NCBI GenBank assembly: GCA_036405415.1
Contig: DASWXP010000002.1
Location: 208,351 to 272,350, forward strand
Length of the DNA: 64,000 nt
Source of the DNA: Minisyncoccota bacterium
GTDB taxonomy: Bacteria > Patescibacteriota > Minisyncoccia > Phycocordibacterales > Phycocordibacteraceae
Direction of reading: 5' to 3'
A program made the position numbers and the translations under genes. Shown in pieces: positions 36,326 to 47,165 of this stretch (within the stretch, counting starts at the first letter, position 1; the number at the start of each line of letters is the position of its first letter). The notes beneath the pieces are model-generated. The model made no database searches. It was not told where the DNA came from and saw only the letters and a list, made by a program, of their open reading frames with translations.

Positions 36326-37117
36326 TTACACGCCTTTCGGTGGCAATGGAATAAACACGCTCGTCCGCTTCTTGTACGCCTCCCATTCCGGGTTGCCTGC
36401 GAATCGCGCTTCGAGCATCGGCACTCCCGATACCTTGAGAAGGAGGTAGGTGATAAGAATCGGGCTCACGAAGCCAGCAAGCGCGAGCGTAGCGCTCATG
36501 GATAGAAGCGCGGCGCACGACGCGATCGCGATACCCCACCACATAAGCGACTCGCCGAAATAGTTCGGATGTCTCGTATAGCGCCATAGTCCCTGGTCCA
36601 TGACCTTCCCCTTGTTCTCCGGCTTCCCGAGGAAGCGCGCGAGCTGATAGTCTCCTACTGCCTCGAAATAGAACCCGACCAACCAGGCGAAGATACCGAA
36701 TGCCGCAAGCGGCATGAGCGCCTCTGCAACCGAATCCGCAAAGAGGTTCGTAAGCGCAACCGGAAGCGATACCAGGAATATAACCAGGCCTTGGAGCATG
36801 TAGACCTGGAGGAAGCTTCGGAGCACGAAGGTCTTTCCCCACTCCTCTCGCCACTTCTTGTACCGGAAATCCTCAGGCTTCCCACGGTTGCGCAGATAGA
36901 TGCGGATTGAGAGCCGCGCGGCCCACACGGTCGCGATAGCGCTCAGAACGAACCCGAGCACGCTCTGGGTCCCGAGGAAGAACGTGACCCACGCGACAAG
37001 CGCGAACCCCCAACCGTACGCGATATCTGCCGTACCGTTGTCCTTGCGAACGAGCGACACAATGAACGCTATACACATGTAGACGAACAGGGTTCCCGCG
37101 GCGGTAAGTAGTTCCAT
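36326..37117 (-). CDS. DUF1295 / steroid 5-alpha-reductase family membrane protein
   Basis: D..W, EDFRY, D.QL..F, GLWRYTRHPNYFGE. Confidence 0.9.
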   Translation of the reverse strand: MELLTAAGTLFVYMCIAFIVSLVRKDNGTADIAYGWGFALVAWVTFFLGTQSVLGFVLSAIATVWAARLSIRIYLRNRGKPEDFRYKKWREEWGKTFVLRSFLQVYMLQGLVIFLVSLPVALTNLFADSVAEALMPLAAFGIFAWLVGFYFEAVGDYQLARFLGKPENKGKVMDQGLWRYTRHPNYFGESLMWWGIAIASCAALLSMSATLALAGFVSPILITYLLLKVSGVPMLEARFAGNPEWEAYKKRTSVFIPLPPKGV

Positions 37118-37185
37118 ATGAGCCCAGTATACCAACCCTTCCCGAGGGTATTGACAGGAAAAACGCCCGGGTGTAAGGTACTTGA

Positions 37186-37262
37186 ACGTTCGCAAGTTCG
37201 CCGGCCTCGGCCAGCAGACTCGCGGACGTACCGGAAAACCCGTCCTCGGACGGGTTTTCCGC
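37186..37262 (+). ncRNA. Candidate stand-alone small RNA (about 75 nt)
   Basis: TTGACA(37151)-17-TAAGGT promoter, long G-U-containing hairpin, then GGAAAACCCGTC/GACGGGTTTTCC hairpin; no ORF. Confidence 0.5.
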
Positions 37263-37311
37263 TATCCATTTGCATACCTAAAGGAAAAACCGCCCGGAGG
37301 GGCGGTTTTTC

Positions 37312-37464
37312 CTACTTCTTAACTTCCTTGTAGATCTCGCGGGAGCGCGTATTTGGATCAAACTTCTTCAGCTCGATCTTACGCTCTACCTTCTTCTTAT
37401 TCTTGCGGGAAAAGCGTACGTGGCCGGAAGCCGACTTAAGCTTGATGAGACGATCCTGGGACAT
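37312..37464 (-). CDS. rpmG: 50S ribosomal protein L33 (Zn-free type), not in ORF track
   Basis: MSQDRLIKLKSASGHVRFSRKNKKKVERKIELKKFDPNTRSREIYKEVKK. Confidence 0.92.
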   Translation of the reverse strand: MSQDRLIKLKSASGHVRFSRKNKKKVERKIELKKFDPNTRSREIYKEVKK

Positions 37465-37492
37465 AGATAGGAGGACTATACCAGGGGCCTAG

Positions 37493-40171
37493 TTACTTCG
37501 CAACGGCCTTTGGCTTCCTGGAAGCGCGCCGCGGGGACTTCCGGACCTCGAAATGCGGCTCCCCGTTCTTCATGGATACGGTTACGGAACCGCCCTCCAT
37601 GATGCCCTGACCCACCATAAGGGACGCGATCGGGGTGAGAATATGGTCCTGCACCGCACGCTTCAGGGGACGGGCGCCGTACTGCGGGTTGTATCCCTTC
37701 TCCGCGAGCCACTCCTTCACGCCCTGGTCGAGCGTAAGCGAGATGCGCTTCAGGGAAAGGCGCGCAAGCACTTCTTCTACCTGCGCGTCCACGATCTTCA
37801 TGAGCATTTCCTTCCCGAGCATGTCGAACATGACGATGTCGTCGAGACGGTTCAGGAACTCTGGACGGAAGTGATCCTTCAGGGCTCCCATAACCTTCTC
37901 CTTCATACGCTCCTGTGCCGCGGTCTCATCCGCCTCGCTCGTAGCGAATCCGATATTGGCCGCCTTGTCCATGAACTCAGCGCCGATGTTGGAGGTGAGG
38001 ACCACGATGGTGTTCTTGAAGTTTACCTTCCTGCCCTTGCCGTCAGTAAGGTGGCCGGAATCAAGTACCTGGAGGAGAATGTTGAATACCTCAGGATGCG
38101 CCTTCTCGATCTCGTCGAAGAGGACCACCGCGTACGGGCGATGACGGATGCGCTCGGTGAGCGACCCGGCTTCCTCGTGCCCCACGTAGCCCGGAGGCGC
38201 GCCGATAAGCTTCGACACCGAATGCTTCTCCATGAATTCGGACATGTCCACACGGACGAGCGACTCCTTGTCGTTGAACATGAACTCAGCAAGGCGCCGC
38301 GAAAGCTCCGTCTTACCCACGCCCGTAGGCCCGAGGAAGAGGAACGAGCCGATCGGACGGTTCGGGTCAGAGATGCCCACGCGCGAGCGCTTCACGGCGT
38401 CTGAGATAGCCTTCACCGCCCTGTCCTGACCAACCACCGCGTCCTTCAGCGCCGCTTCCATGCGCGCGAGCTTCGCTGCCTCTTCCTCGAGCATCTTTGC
38501 GACCGGGATGCCCGTCCAGCGGGCAACCACGCCCGCGATCTCCTGCTCCGTTACTTCCTCGTGGAGGATGCGGCGGGACTTCTGCAAGGTCTTCAAGCGC
38601 TTGGTCTTCGTCTCAAGATCCTTCTGGAGGCTCGGCATGCGGCCGTACCGGATCTCTGCGGCGGTACCGAGATCTGCCATGGCTTCCGCGTTCTCGGCCT
38701 CGACGCGTGCCTTCTCAAGCTCTGCCTTGAGCGAGCGGATGGATTCAAGCACCTCCTTCTCGTTCTTCCACTTGAGCTCGAGCTCGCTGGTCTTCTCGCG
38801 GAGGTCCGCGATCTCGGTATCGATCCCTGAGACGCGCTCGGCGATCTCCTTCGCGTTCTCGCTCTCCTCGTCCTTCTTGAGTGCTTCGCGCTCGATCTCA
38901 AGACGGCGGATGCGGCGATCCGTCTCCTCAAGCTGCGGCGGTTTGTTCTCAAGCGCGATGCGCAGGCCCGACGCGGCCTCGTCGATGAGGTCTACGGCCT
39001 TGTCCGGAAGGAACCGGTCCGTGATGTAGCGAGAGGAGAGCTCGACCGCCGAGACGATGGCGCCGTCCGTGATGCGCACGCCGTGGTAGAGCTCGTACTT
39101 GTCGCGCAGGCCGCGTAGGATCGCGGTCGCGTCCTCGATTGACGGCTCCTCGACGTACACCGGCTGGAAGCGTCGCGTGAGCGCGCCGTCCTTCTCGATG
39201 TGCTGCTGGTATTCCTTGAGGGTGGTGGCGCCGATCATGCGCATCTCGCCGCGCGCGAGCGCAGGCTTCAGCATGTTGGACGCATCGAGCGCGCCGTCAG
39301 CTGCGCCTGCGCCCACGATGGTATGAAGCTCGTCAACGAAGAGGATGACGCCGCCTTCTGACTTCTCCACCTCTTTCATCACCGCCTTCATGCGCTCCTC
39401 GAACTCGCCGCGGTACTTCGTGCCTGCGATCATGAGGCCGAGATCAAGGGAGAGAATCTCCTTGCCCTTCAAGGACTCGGGTACGTCGTTCTGCGCGATA
39501 CGGAGCGCGAGACCCTCGGCGATCGTAGTCTTTCCGGTTCCCGGCTCGCCGATCAATACCGGGTTGTTCTTCGTGCGACGCGAAAGGATCTGGATAACAC
39601 GGCCGATCTCCTGGTCGCGGCCGATAACCGGATCGAGCGCGTTCTCGCTCGCGAGCCTGGTTAGGTTGCGGGTGTACTTCGAAAGCGCGCGGAACTTCTT
39701 CGGCTCGGCGGAATCCCCATCCTTGTCCGCCTTCAGGTCCTTCAGGATCTGGAGCACGGTCTCCTCGTCGATGCGGAAGCGCGCGAGGATATCCTCAGCT
39801 GGTCCTGGGTGCTCGAGAATGGAGACGAAGAGGTGCTCACACCCCACGAACGCATCATCCATCTTCGCGGCGATCTTCGCGGCAGCCTCAAGAGCCTGCG
39901 CGAGGTCCGGCGTGAGATACAGGTTATAGGACGGCGAGAGCGTCGAGGACGCCTCCGGGATCTCGAGTGTCTCGAGAAGCGTATCTGAAAGCAGGATGGT
40001 ATCGATGTCCATCCGATCGAGCACCGAAAACACGAGGCTCTCTTCCTGATGTATGAGCGCCGTGAGGAGGTGCAGCGGGCTCACGTGATTCTGCCCGCGC
40101 TCGATGGCGAGCTCGTGCGCCTTCCTGATTGCCTCCTTGGCTTTTGTGGTGAAGTTACGAAATGGCTGCAT
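37493..40171 (-). CDS. clpB: ATP-dependent chaperone ClpB
   Basis: [23 protein letters not shown], long M-domain coiled coil, [17 protein letters not shown]. Confidence 0.93.
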   Translation of the reverse strand: MQPFRNFTTKAKEAIRKAHELAIERGQNHVSPLHLLTALIHQEESLVFSVLDRMDIDTILLSDTLLETLEIPEASSTLSPSYNLYLTPDLAQALEAAAKIAAKMDDAFVGCEHLFVSILEHPGPAEDILARFRIDEETVLQILKDLKADKDGDSAEPKKFRALSKYTRNLTRLASENALDPVIGRDQEIGRVIQILSRRTKNNPVLIGEPGTGKTTIAEGLALRIAQNDVPESLKGKEILSLDLGLMIAGTKYRGEFEERMKAVMKEVEKSEGGVILFVDELHTIVGAGAADGALDASNMLKPALARGEMRMIGATTLKEYQQHIEKDGALTRRFQPVYVEEPSIEDATAILRGLRDKYELYHGVRITDGAIVSAVELSSRYITDRFLPDKAVDLIDEAASGLRIALENKPPQLEETDRRIRRLEIEREALKKDEESENAKEIAERVSGIDTEIADLREKTSELELKWKNEKEVLESIRSLKAELEKARVEAENAEAMADLGTAAEIRYGRMPSLQKDLETKTKRLKTLQKSRRILHEEVTEQEIAGVVARWTGIPVAKMLEEEAAKLARMEAALKDAVVGQDRAVKAISDAVKRSRVGISDPNRPIGSFLFLGPTGVGKTELSRRLAEFMFNDKESLVRVDMSEFMEKHSVSKLIGAPPGYVGHEEAGSLTERIRHRPYAVVLFDEIEKAHPEVFNILLQVLDSGHLTDGKGRKVNFKNTIVVLTSNIGAEFMDKAANIGFATSEADETAAQERMKEKVMGALKDHFRPEFLNRLDDIVMFDMLGKEMLMKIVDAQVEEVLARLSLKRISLTLDQGVKEWLAEKGYNPQYGARPLKRAVQDHILTPIASLMVGQGIMEGGSVTVSMKNGEPHFEVRKSPRRASRKPKAVAK

Positions 40172-40218
40172 GGGTACAGAATCTTACACTAGTAATGACG
40201 GGTCCGTGAACTCTACTC

Positions 40219-40962
40219 TTACGCGCCTTCCGCAAGGAGAACGTTAATACGTTCTGCCGGCGCGAAGAGGCCCGGGACGGAGGTCGCGATGCCGATGAGG
40301 TCGCCTTCTATGTTCACGGCGGCTGCCCCCGCCGGCACGCCGGTCACGTTCGCACGGATACCCGCTTCCTCGACGATGGAGATGATGCCGGAGACCGCAG
40401 CGCCTCCGCCCGTAAGCGACACGAGGGTCTGTCCCTGGCTCAGGTCCTTGGACGCGACGATGTCAGGTATCGCGACGTTCGGGAGGCCCGCCGTATCCGA
40501 GAAGCCGTAGATGGTGAGGGTCGCGCCGCCCTTGGACAAGGAAGCCTCGGCGCTCGCGCCGTTCGCGAACATGATCGTCGCCTCCTTAGGAAGCGCGGCA
40601 CCAGTCGCGGTAACGACCGCGCGCTTGTCAGGAAGGTAGGTCCCGATCGCGATCGCAGGCGTGGTGGTCGCGCCCTTATGGATCGTGACGCGGCGCGATA
40701 CGTCCGCACGGATCGCGCCTGAAAGAAGGTCCTCGTCGCGGATAACCACGGTCTCCTTCGGCGGAAGGATGTTCGGAAGCGGCGTGGTCTCGGCGGCCGT
40801 CTCGACGGTACGCTCGACGATGCGGTTCACGGTCTGCGTGACCGTAGGCGGCGCCTGATCCAAGAGCGACACGGTCATCACGGCAGTCGCGATCGCGGTC
40901 ACGAAATTCACCAGGATCGTGAGAAGCAGGAGCTGGGTCTTGTTGAGGTCCTCGATGTTCAT
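40219..40962 (-). CDS. Membrane-anchored protein with a degenerate trypsin/HtrA-like fold
   Basis: N-terminal MNIEDL.K.QL.LL TM; C-terminal G...N.EG.LIGI is HtrA-like but has no GNSGG. Confidence 0.55.
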   Translation of the reverse strand: MNIEDLNKTQLLLLTILVNFVTAIATAVMTVSLLDQAPPTVTQTVNRIVERTVETAAETTPLPNILPPKETVVIRDEDLLSGAIRADVSRRVTIHKGATTTPAIAIGTYLPDKRAVVTATGAALPKEATIMFANGASAEASLSKGGATLTIYGFSDTAGLPNVAIPDIVASKDLSQGQTLVSLTGGGAAVSGIISIVEEAGIRANVTGVPAGAAAVNIEGDLIGIATSVPGLFAPAERINVLLAEGA

Positions 40963-40971
40963 ATGCGGAAA

Positions 40972-42117
40972 TTATACCGCGCCACGGTCTACGAAACGAA
41001 CGGCCCGGATGAGCGCTGCTGCGAAGCGTGCAAGGTCCCGAGAGGACGTATCCATGCCCCACGAGATACGCAGGGCTGCCGCTGCGCGCTCCGGGTCCCC
41101 CGTAAGCGCAAGGACCGCTTCCGAGCCCTCGGCGTCCGTCGCGCAGGCGCTCCTGGTCGAGACCGCGAACCCCGCTTCGTCCAGGAGCGCCTGGATATAA
41201 TCAGTATCGCGACCCAGAAGCGACAGGTTCAAGATGCGAGAAGCCTGTTCCTTCCCTTCGGTAAAGACGACATCAGGAATCTCATTCCGGAGGATTCCCT
41301 TCAGGACTTCGCGGTCCCGCAGCGCGCGCATGCCAAAAGCGTCTCGCGTTTCGTGCACTCGCTCAAGCGCGGCAGAAAGCGCAGCCGCGCCCGCGTGAGA
41401 CTCGGTTCCCGGACGAAGCCCGCGTTCCTGCCCTCCTGCGAGGATGAGCGGCTCGATAGGCTTGCCTCTTGGCACGATGAGCACGCCGGTGCCGCGCACG
41501 CCTCCCACCTTCTGCGCATCGAGCGAAAGCGTATCCGCGCCGAGGCGCGTGAGCTCAAACGGACCCGAGAGCGGAAGCTGGCTCGCATCCACATGGATGC
41601 GCACGCTCGCGGGAAGCGCTCTGCGGACGTCGCGGACCGGAAATACAGTCCCAGTCTCTCCGCACACCGCTTCAAGCGCGATAAGCGCGGTCTCAGGACG
41701 GATCTGATCCTTGAGCGCTAGGAGGTCGATAGTCCCGTCCTTGAGCGCAAGCGGCTCTACGGAGAATCCTTCTGCTTTGAGCGCCTCCATCGCGCCACGC
41801 GTGGACGCATGCGCGCTCGGAAGATAGAGGCAGTGCATGGACGAGGACGGACGGTCTTTCCTAAGTGCGCGCAGGTACCCGAGGATCGCAAGCGCGTTGG
41901 CTTCGGTTGCGCCTGAGGTAAAGATCACCGCATCGCTCTTAACGGACGCAAGCCGCGCGATCCGCACCCGAGCGTCTTTGAGGATCTCCCGAGCCGCTCT
42001 TCCTTCGGTATGCGGCGATGACGGATTGCCGTATACCCTGAGGGCTCTTTGGTACGCGCGAAGCGCCTCCTTCGATACGGGTGTCGCCGAGGCGTAGTCG
42101 AGATAGGTGCGTCTCAT
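40972..42117 (-). CDS. iscS: Cysteine desulfurase (IscS/NifS, class V aminotransferase)
   Basis: YLDYASATP, GNPSS.H, FTSGATEAN, HVDASQ, DAQK (PLP Lys), GGQE..RPGTE, STRSAC. Confidence 0.85.
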   Translation of the reverse strand: MRRTYLDYASATPVSKEALRAYQRALRVYGNPSSPHTEGRAAREILKDARVRIARLASVKSDAVIFTSGATEANALAILGYLRALRKDRPSSSMHCLYLPSAHASTRGAMEALKAEGFSVEPLALKDGTIDLLALKDQIRPETALIALEAVCGETGTVFPVRDVRRALPASVRIHVDASQLPLSGPFELTRLGADTLSLDAQKVGGVRGTGVLIVPRGKPIEPLILAGGQERGLRPGTESHAGAAALSAALERVHETRDAFGMRALRDREVLKGILRNEIPDVVFTEGKEQASRILNLSLLGRDTDYIQALLDEAGFAVSTRSACATDAEGSEAVLALTGDPERAAAALRISWGMDTSSRDLARFAAALIRAVRFVDRGAV

Positions 42118-42186
42118 GCACTTCATGCTACGCCGAGTGCGCCCGTTTGTTAAAAGTGCCATTTCGTGAGATAATCCCTTGCAATT

Positions 42187-43677
42187 ATGGCGCGCAGCTC
42201 CCGACCACCAATCGTGGCCGTTATGGGTCACATCGATCACGGCAAGTCCTCCTTGCTGGACTACATCCGCAAGGCGAACGTGACCGCAGGCGAAGCAGGT
42301 GGCATCACCCAGCACGTATCCGCATACGAGGCGGAGCACGAGCACGAGGGGACCATCCGCAAAATAACGTTCCTCGATACCCCGGGCCATGAGGCGTTCC
42401 GTGCGCTCCGTGCGCGCGGCGCGCAGGCAGCTGATATCGCCATCCTCGTGATTGCCGCGGAAGAAGGCGTGAAGCCTCAGACCATGGAGGCGTTCGAGGC
42501 CATCACCGAGGCAGGCACCCCGCTCGTCGTCGCGTTCACGAAGATCGACAAGCCGGGCGCAGATGTCGAGAAGGCGAAGATCAGCGCGCTTGAGGCAGGC
42601 ATTTACCTCGAGGGCCTCGGGGGCTCGATCGCCTACACCGGCGTCTCCTCGAAGTCAGGCGAGGGTGTACCAGAGCTTCTCGATCTCGTGCTCCTTACCG
42701 CGGACCTCGCGGAACTTACTGCGGACCCGGAGCTTCCTGCTGAAGGCTTCGTGCTCGAGTCTTCCCAGGACCCCAAGCGCGGCATGTCCGCTACGCTCAT
42801 CATGAAGGACGGCACCCTTCCGGTAGGCGCGTTCGCGATCGCGGGCGCCGCCCTCGCTCCGGTCCGCTTCATCGAAGACTTCGCCGGCAAGCGCATCAGC
42901 GCTGCGCTCCCTTCTCAGCCGATCCGCATCTCCGGCTGGAACCAGCTTCCTCCGGCAGGTACGCCCTTCTCTTCCGCGAGCTCGAAGAAAGACGCGGAGA
43001 AGCTCGCGCTCGAAGGCGCAGCGGCTTCGGCAATACCGGCACGCGCTGCGGTTAAGCCTGCGAACGCGGAGCATGCGGTGCTTCCTATCGTACTCAAGGC
43101 AGACGTCACGGGCAGCATCCTCGCCATCAAGCACGAGCTCGCGAAGATCGCGCACGAGCGCGTGACCATAAGCATCATCCAGGAAGGCATCGGTGCCGTG
43201 TCCGAGGGCGACGTGAAGACCGCAGCGGCCGCGAACGGCCTCATCATCGGCTTCAACGTAGGCGTCGACAACGTCGCGCGCGACTCCGCTGAGCGCATGA
43301 ACGTATCGATCGATACCTACACCATCATCTACGAGCTCAAGGAGCGCGTAGAAGGGCTCGTGAAGGAGCGCGCACCGCGCGTGACCGTTGAAGAGATCCT
43401 CGGCGAAGCGAAGGTGCTTAAGGCGTTCAACACGGCAGGCACCAAGCAGGTGCTCGGTGCGCGTTGGAACTCAGGCGCGCTTTCCGTGGGAGACACCGTG
43501 AAGATAGACCGCCGCGGCCTCCACATCGGCAACGCGAAGCTCACGAACCTCCAGGTAGCGCGCGCGGACGTGAATGTCATCAAGGACGAGGGCGAGTTCG
43601 GCCTCCAGATCGAAGGCAAGTACGAGGCGGCTCCAGGAGATACGCTTATCGCCTTCCGCATGACCGAAACCCAATAA
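42187..43677 (+). CDS. infB: Translation initiation factor IF-2 (short form)
   Basis: [35 protein letters not shown]. Confidence 0.96.
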   Translation: MARSSRPPIVAVMGHIDHGKSSLLDYIRKANVTAGEAGGITQHVSAYEAEHEHEGTIRKITFLDTPGHEAFRALRARGAQAADIAILVIAAEEGVKPQTMEAFEAITEAGTPLVVAFTKIDKPGADVEKAKISALEAGIYLEGLGGSIAYTGVSSKSGEGVPELLDLVLLTADLAELTADPELPAEGFVLESSQDPKRGMSATLIMKDGTLPVGAFAIAGAALAPVRFIEDFAGKRISAALPSQPIRISGWNQLPPAGTPFSSASSKKDAEKLALEGAAASAIPARAAVKPANAEHAVLPIVLKADVTGSILAIKHELAKIAHERVTISIIQEGIGAVSEGDVKTAAAANGLIIGFNVGVDNVARDSAERMNVSIDTYTIIYELKERVEGLVKERAPRVTVEEILGEAKVLKAFNTAGTKQVLGARWNSGALSVGDTVKIDRRGLHIGNAKLTNLQVARADVNVIKDEGEFGLQIEGKYEAAPGDTLIAFRMTETQ

Positions 43678-43678
43678 T

Positions 43679-44023
43679 ATGAGCGCACGAGACGAACGGG
43701 CTGTTTCCATACTTCTTGAGAACGCAGGGCGCTATATCGCCCGCGAGGCGGGGCGCTCCACGCTTATCACCCCCACGCGCGCTACCTTCTCCAAGGACCG
43801 CAAGAACGCCACGATCTACGTGAGCGTGTTCCCTGAGGGACAGGACGGCAAGGCGCTCGAGTTCTTGATGCGCCACAAGGATCTGTTCCGCAACGAGCTC
43901 AAGAAGACGACGCGCTTCGCCCGTCTCCCGTTCATACGTTTCGAGCTTGATAAGGGCGAGCGAGCGCGCCAGCACCTTGACGAGGTTACGCGGGACCTCG
44001 AGATCCCTGAGGAAGACGCGTAG
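43679..44023 (+). CDS. rbfA: Ribosome-binding factor A
   Basis: Follows infB; S.D.KNA.IYVSV...P.I.FELD. Confidence 0.85.
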   Translation: MSARDERAVSILLENAGRYIAREAGRSTLITPTRATFSKDRKNATIYVSVFPEGQDGKALEFLMRHKDLFRNELKKTTRFARLPFIRFELDKGERARQHLDEVTRDLEIPEEDA

Positions 44024-44058
44024 CGCGGAGGCGCTGCACGCGCTATTATCCTCTCTAG

Positions 44059-44133
44059 GGCCAGATGGCGAAGTGGTAACGCTGCGGATTGCAAACCCGC
44101 TATGCACGGGTTCGATTCCCGTTCTGGCCTCCA
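44059..44133 (+). tRNA. tRNA-Cys(GCA)
   Basis: GGCCAGA acceptor, TT-GCA-AA loop, CCA encoded. Confidence 0.95.
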
Positions 44134-44137
44134 TACT

Positions 44138-44220
44138 GCCGGGGTGATGGAATGGTAGACATAGGGGTCTTAAACACCCCAGGCAGCAATGCCATGCGGG
44201 TTCGAGTCCCGCCCCCGGTA
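44138..44220 (+). tRNA. tRNA-Leu(TAA)
   Basis: GGGGT-CT-TAA-AC-ACCCC, variable arm. Confidence 0.93.
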
Positions 44221-44274
44221 CCCTGGGAATTGGTATTGAATTCAGGGCGCTTCTTATGTAGAATGCGCCTGTAT

Positions 44275-44347
44275 CCGCCTATAGCTCAGCTGGTAGAGCA
44301 CTCGCCTCTTAAGCGATTGGTCCTTGGTTCGAGTCCAAGTGGGCGGA
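44275..44347 (+). tRNA. tRNA-Lys(CTT)
   Basis: TAGCTCAGCTGGTAGAGC D-arm; CT-CTT-AA loop. Confidence 0.93.
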
Positions 44348-44401
44348 CTAGAGAAAAGGAGAGGTCTTCGGATCTCTCTTTTTCTGTTAGGATACGGAGA
44401 C

Positions 44402-44482
44402 GCTGGAGTGGCGAAATGGTATACGCGCCTGCCTTAGGAGCAGGTCCCTTCGGGGGTGGAGGTTCGAGTCCTCTCTCCAGCA
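44402..44482 (+). tRNA. tRNA-Leu(TAG)
   Basis: CCTGC-CT-TAG-GA-GCAGG, variable arm CCCTTCGGGG. Confidence 0.93.
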
Positions 44483-44579
44483 CACACTTGACTTTTTGTA
44501 CAAAATAGTGTTATTTTAGTCCCAGATTCCGTGATCCTTGAGAACACGGTGCAACCACACTCAGCCAAAGGAGCTGGAC

Positions 44580-45683
44580 ATGAATCAGTGCAAGTCAGAG
44601 CACGTGGCGGTGAATACCGCCCGTTACAAGAGGTGGGTCACCGGCATCCTCATGCCCGGCGCCCTACTCGCCCTGACCATGCTGGTTCAGGGCATCACGC
44701 CATGGTGGCAAGTCCCTCTCTGGGAGTACGCCCTGCTATTCCTGCTCGGTTCGTACTACGTCACCTCCCTGCAAAGGGTCGAGACCGGTATGATCGCCGG
44801 CATCACTCTTCTCGAAGAGCCGGTGCTCGAGGTGACCGCAGGTTGGTACTTCGTACCGCGGTTCCTCATGGAGATCGATTGGATGCCGGCACACACGCTC
44901 CAGGACCAGTTCCCGGGAAACCCGGAGCAGATCTCGAAGCGTGACGACAATCTCGGACTGCTTCCGAACGAGTTCCGGCCTATCCGCGCGATGACCGCTC
45001 CCGGCAAACCCGAAGACGGGGACGATCCGCTCAACACGCGGCTCGCGCTCGAGGTCATCTTCGCCGTTCGGTGGAAGGTCAAGCCTGGCGGCTTCTTCGA
45101 TGTGTATGTGAAGATCCCCGGCCGACGCTGGGAAGACAAGGTCGTGAACATCCGGCAACATATGCGGGATACCGGCGAGACGGAGCTGATCGAGGAAATC
45201 TCTGAGCGGTCGCCCTTCCGGGTGAACGCTGATATGCACCTTCTCAACGACCAGCTGAAGGAAGAACTTCAGACGGCAGTTGGCGACTGGGGCATCGAGA
45301 TCGAAGAGGCGCGCATGCAAGCGCCCGACTTCCCGCACAGCGTGAACACCTCGCTCGCCGACATCTCTACCGCGCTCGCGCAGCGTAAGGTGACCGAGAC
45401 AAAAGCTCATGCTGAGAAGCAGCGGCAGATACTGGTCAGCGAAGGCGAGTCGGCGGCGATCATCAACCTCGCCGAAGCGCGAAAGCGCGAAAGCATCGCC
45501 CGAGGCGAAGGAAGGAAGGAAGAAGCTGAACTAACGGGCATCAGCGGCGAGCAGCTCTATGCGGGCGAAATCGCCATTAAGACCGTAGGCGAGGGAGACC
45601 TCATCCTCGGCGAACCCGGCATCGCCCAAGCGTTGGGCATCGGAGGGTTCGTGCTCAAGCGTGCGAAGGATGCCGCGCCATGA
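44580..45683 (+). CDS. SPFH/Band-7 domain membrane protein
   Basis: Two TM segments, G.YF.P, DWGIEIEE, A.AEK...L..EGE..A coiled coil; AAGGAG RBS. Confidence 0.78.
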   Translation: MNQCKSEHVAVNTARYKRWVTGILMPGALLALTMLVQGITPWWQVPLWEYALLFLLGSYYVTSLQRVETGMIAGITLLEEPVLEVTAGWYFVPRFLMEIDWMPAHTLQDQFPGNPEQISKRDDNLGLLPNEFRPIRAMTAPGKPEDGDDPLNTRLALEVIFAVRWKVKPGGFFDVYVKIPGRRWEDKVVNIRQHMRDTGETELIEEISERSPFRVNADMHLLNDQLKEELQTAVGDWGIEIEEARMQAPDFPHSVNTSLADISTALAQRKVTETKAHAEKQRQILVSEGESAAIINLAEARKRESIARGEGRKEEAELTGISGEQLYAGEIAIKTVGEGDLILGEPGIAQALGIGGFVLKRAKDAAP

Positions 45684-46339
45684 ACTGGCAGGGCATCCTC
45701 GTGTCGATCGTCTTCATTGCGATCGGCCTCGCGCTCATCCTCACCCGATTCAAGATGGGAAATCCCTTCCATAAGGACGCCCCTGACTCGGATCATGAGA
45801 CTGAGAAGCATGGACATGGCCACGGCAACCCGAGCGACTCGCATGGCAAAAAGTCACCCGGCCATCATGACGAACATAAGCACCACTCGGCACACGGTCA
45901 CGATGATCATCACGGCGGGAGCAATCCCTTCGTTCTGATGTTCATCGGCGCCGGCATCCTCGTGGTAATCGTCGTAATCGGCTGGTGGCTTTCCACCCGC
46001 GTGGCGCCTCCCAACGGGAAGCCTATCGCGGAACGAATCGCCATGGCGCCTCAAGGAACCCTTTCCGGGAACCAGGTGGCGCTGACTTCGTCGGTTCGCT
46101 GCGTGAGCATGGACGTCGTCGCTCGGGTGATTCCGCCCGGAGACGAGGTCGTGGTCGCGATTCCTGACGGCAGGAGCCTGGAGTTCGAGCCAGGCACTTC
46201 CGAAGGGACGCTGCGCGTCTGCGACGCGTTCAACCCTTCGGTCTGCGCAAACGGCCAGGGACTCAAGGGCGGCATACGGGCGGCCCGGATGGAGAACATC
46301 TCTTCCGATCCCGTCCATCTCCGCTGCAGGCTCTACTAA
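45680..46339 (+). CDS. Membrane protein with a His-rich loop
   Basis: TM, then HGHGHG...HHDEHKHH..HGHDDHH, then TM and a Cys-containing domain; ATGA overlap with the SPFH gene. Confidence 0.7.
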   Translation: MNWQGILVSIVFIAIGLALILTRFKMGNPFHKDAPDSDHETEKHGHGHGNPSDSHGKKSPGHHDEHKHHSAHGHDDHHGGSNPFVLMFIGAGILVVIVVIGWWLSTRVAPPNGKPIAERIAMAPQGTLSGNQVALTSSVRCVSMDVVARVIPPGDEVVVAIPDGRSLEFEPGTSEGTLRVCDAFNPSVCANGQGLKGGIRAARMENISSDPVHLRCRLY

Positions 46340-46399
46340 GCACCGTGTTCGAACTACGCAAAGCCCGCGCCTTTCCCGGCGCGGGCTTTTTCTTTGCCC

Positions 46400-46648
46400 T
46401 TAGTTCGCCCCTACGGTTGCCTTGAGGATGGAGACGATGGCGTTGGCCCCGAAGATGATGACGAGGCCGATGATGCCCCAGATCATGTGCTGCTGTCCGG
46501 TCCTGCGCTTTTCCTCGTCCTCCGCGCCCGCGATGAACTCCACGATACCCCACATGAAGACCACGAATGCGCCGAGCGCGAGCAGAGTGATAATCGGTGT
46601 GAGGATGGCGTCCTGCACCTTGGTGATGAATTGCTGGAAGGGGCTCAT
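46400..46648 (-). CDS. VirB2/TrbC-like pilin
   Basis: F.WG...I....DEEKR..G..H.IWGIIG. Confidence 0.8.
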   Translation of the reverse strand: MSPFQQFITKVQDAILTPIITLLALGAFVVFMWGIVEFIAGAEDEEKRRTGQQHMIWGIIGLVIIFGANAIVSILKATVGAN

Positions 46649-46707
46649 GAGGAAAGTATAGCAAAAGCCCGCGCGTGCGCGCGGGCTTTTGTGCTGCCGA
46701 TGGAGGA

Positions 46708-47073
46708 TTAGTTAACGATGACCGACGGGGTCACGTCGCCTACCGGAGGCGCGGTGTTGGTGGTCTGGAAGGTGCCGCGAAGGATGTTCACGAGACCCCA
46801 GACGGATACCATCACGAAGAAGCCGATGATGCCCCAGAGCATGAGGCTCTTGCCGTTCTCGCGCTTCTCTTCGTCCGCACCGCCCATAATGAAGTACTGG
46901 AACACGCCCCAGATGAACACGATGAAAGCGATAGCGAACACGAGCGGCACGAGCACGTTGTTGATGAGGCTGATGATGCCCTGGCCGATAGAGCCAGCGT
47001 TCGTTGCCGTGACCTGAGCGGACACGAAGAACGGGAACGCGAGAGCGGCAGCAAGATAACCGAGTTTCTTCAT
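46708..47073 (-). CDS. VirB2/TrbC-like pilin
   Basis: Signal peptide; FIWGVFQY...GGADEEKRENGK..MLWGIIG.FVMVSVWG. Confidence 0.85.
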   Translation of the reverse strand: MKKLGYLAAALAFPFFVSAQVTATNAGSIGQGIISLINNVLVPLVFAIAFIVFIWGVFQYFIMGGADEEKRENGKSLMLWGIIGFFVMVSVWGLVNILRGTFQTTNTAPPVGDVTPSVIVN

Positions 47074-47165
47074 AGGTAATGATTACGTGTAAACCGTATT
47101 TCTTAAGGATAGACCGGAATGATGAAGCGTCAATAGAGCCCTGAAATCCGTGTGGACAGCGGCTT

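Noticed and set aside
43646-44508. ORFs spanning the tRNA cluster
   Set aside because: They are translations of tRNA genes.
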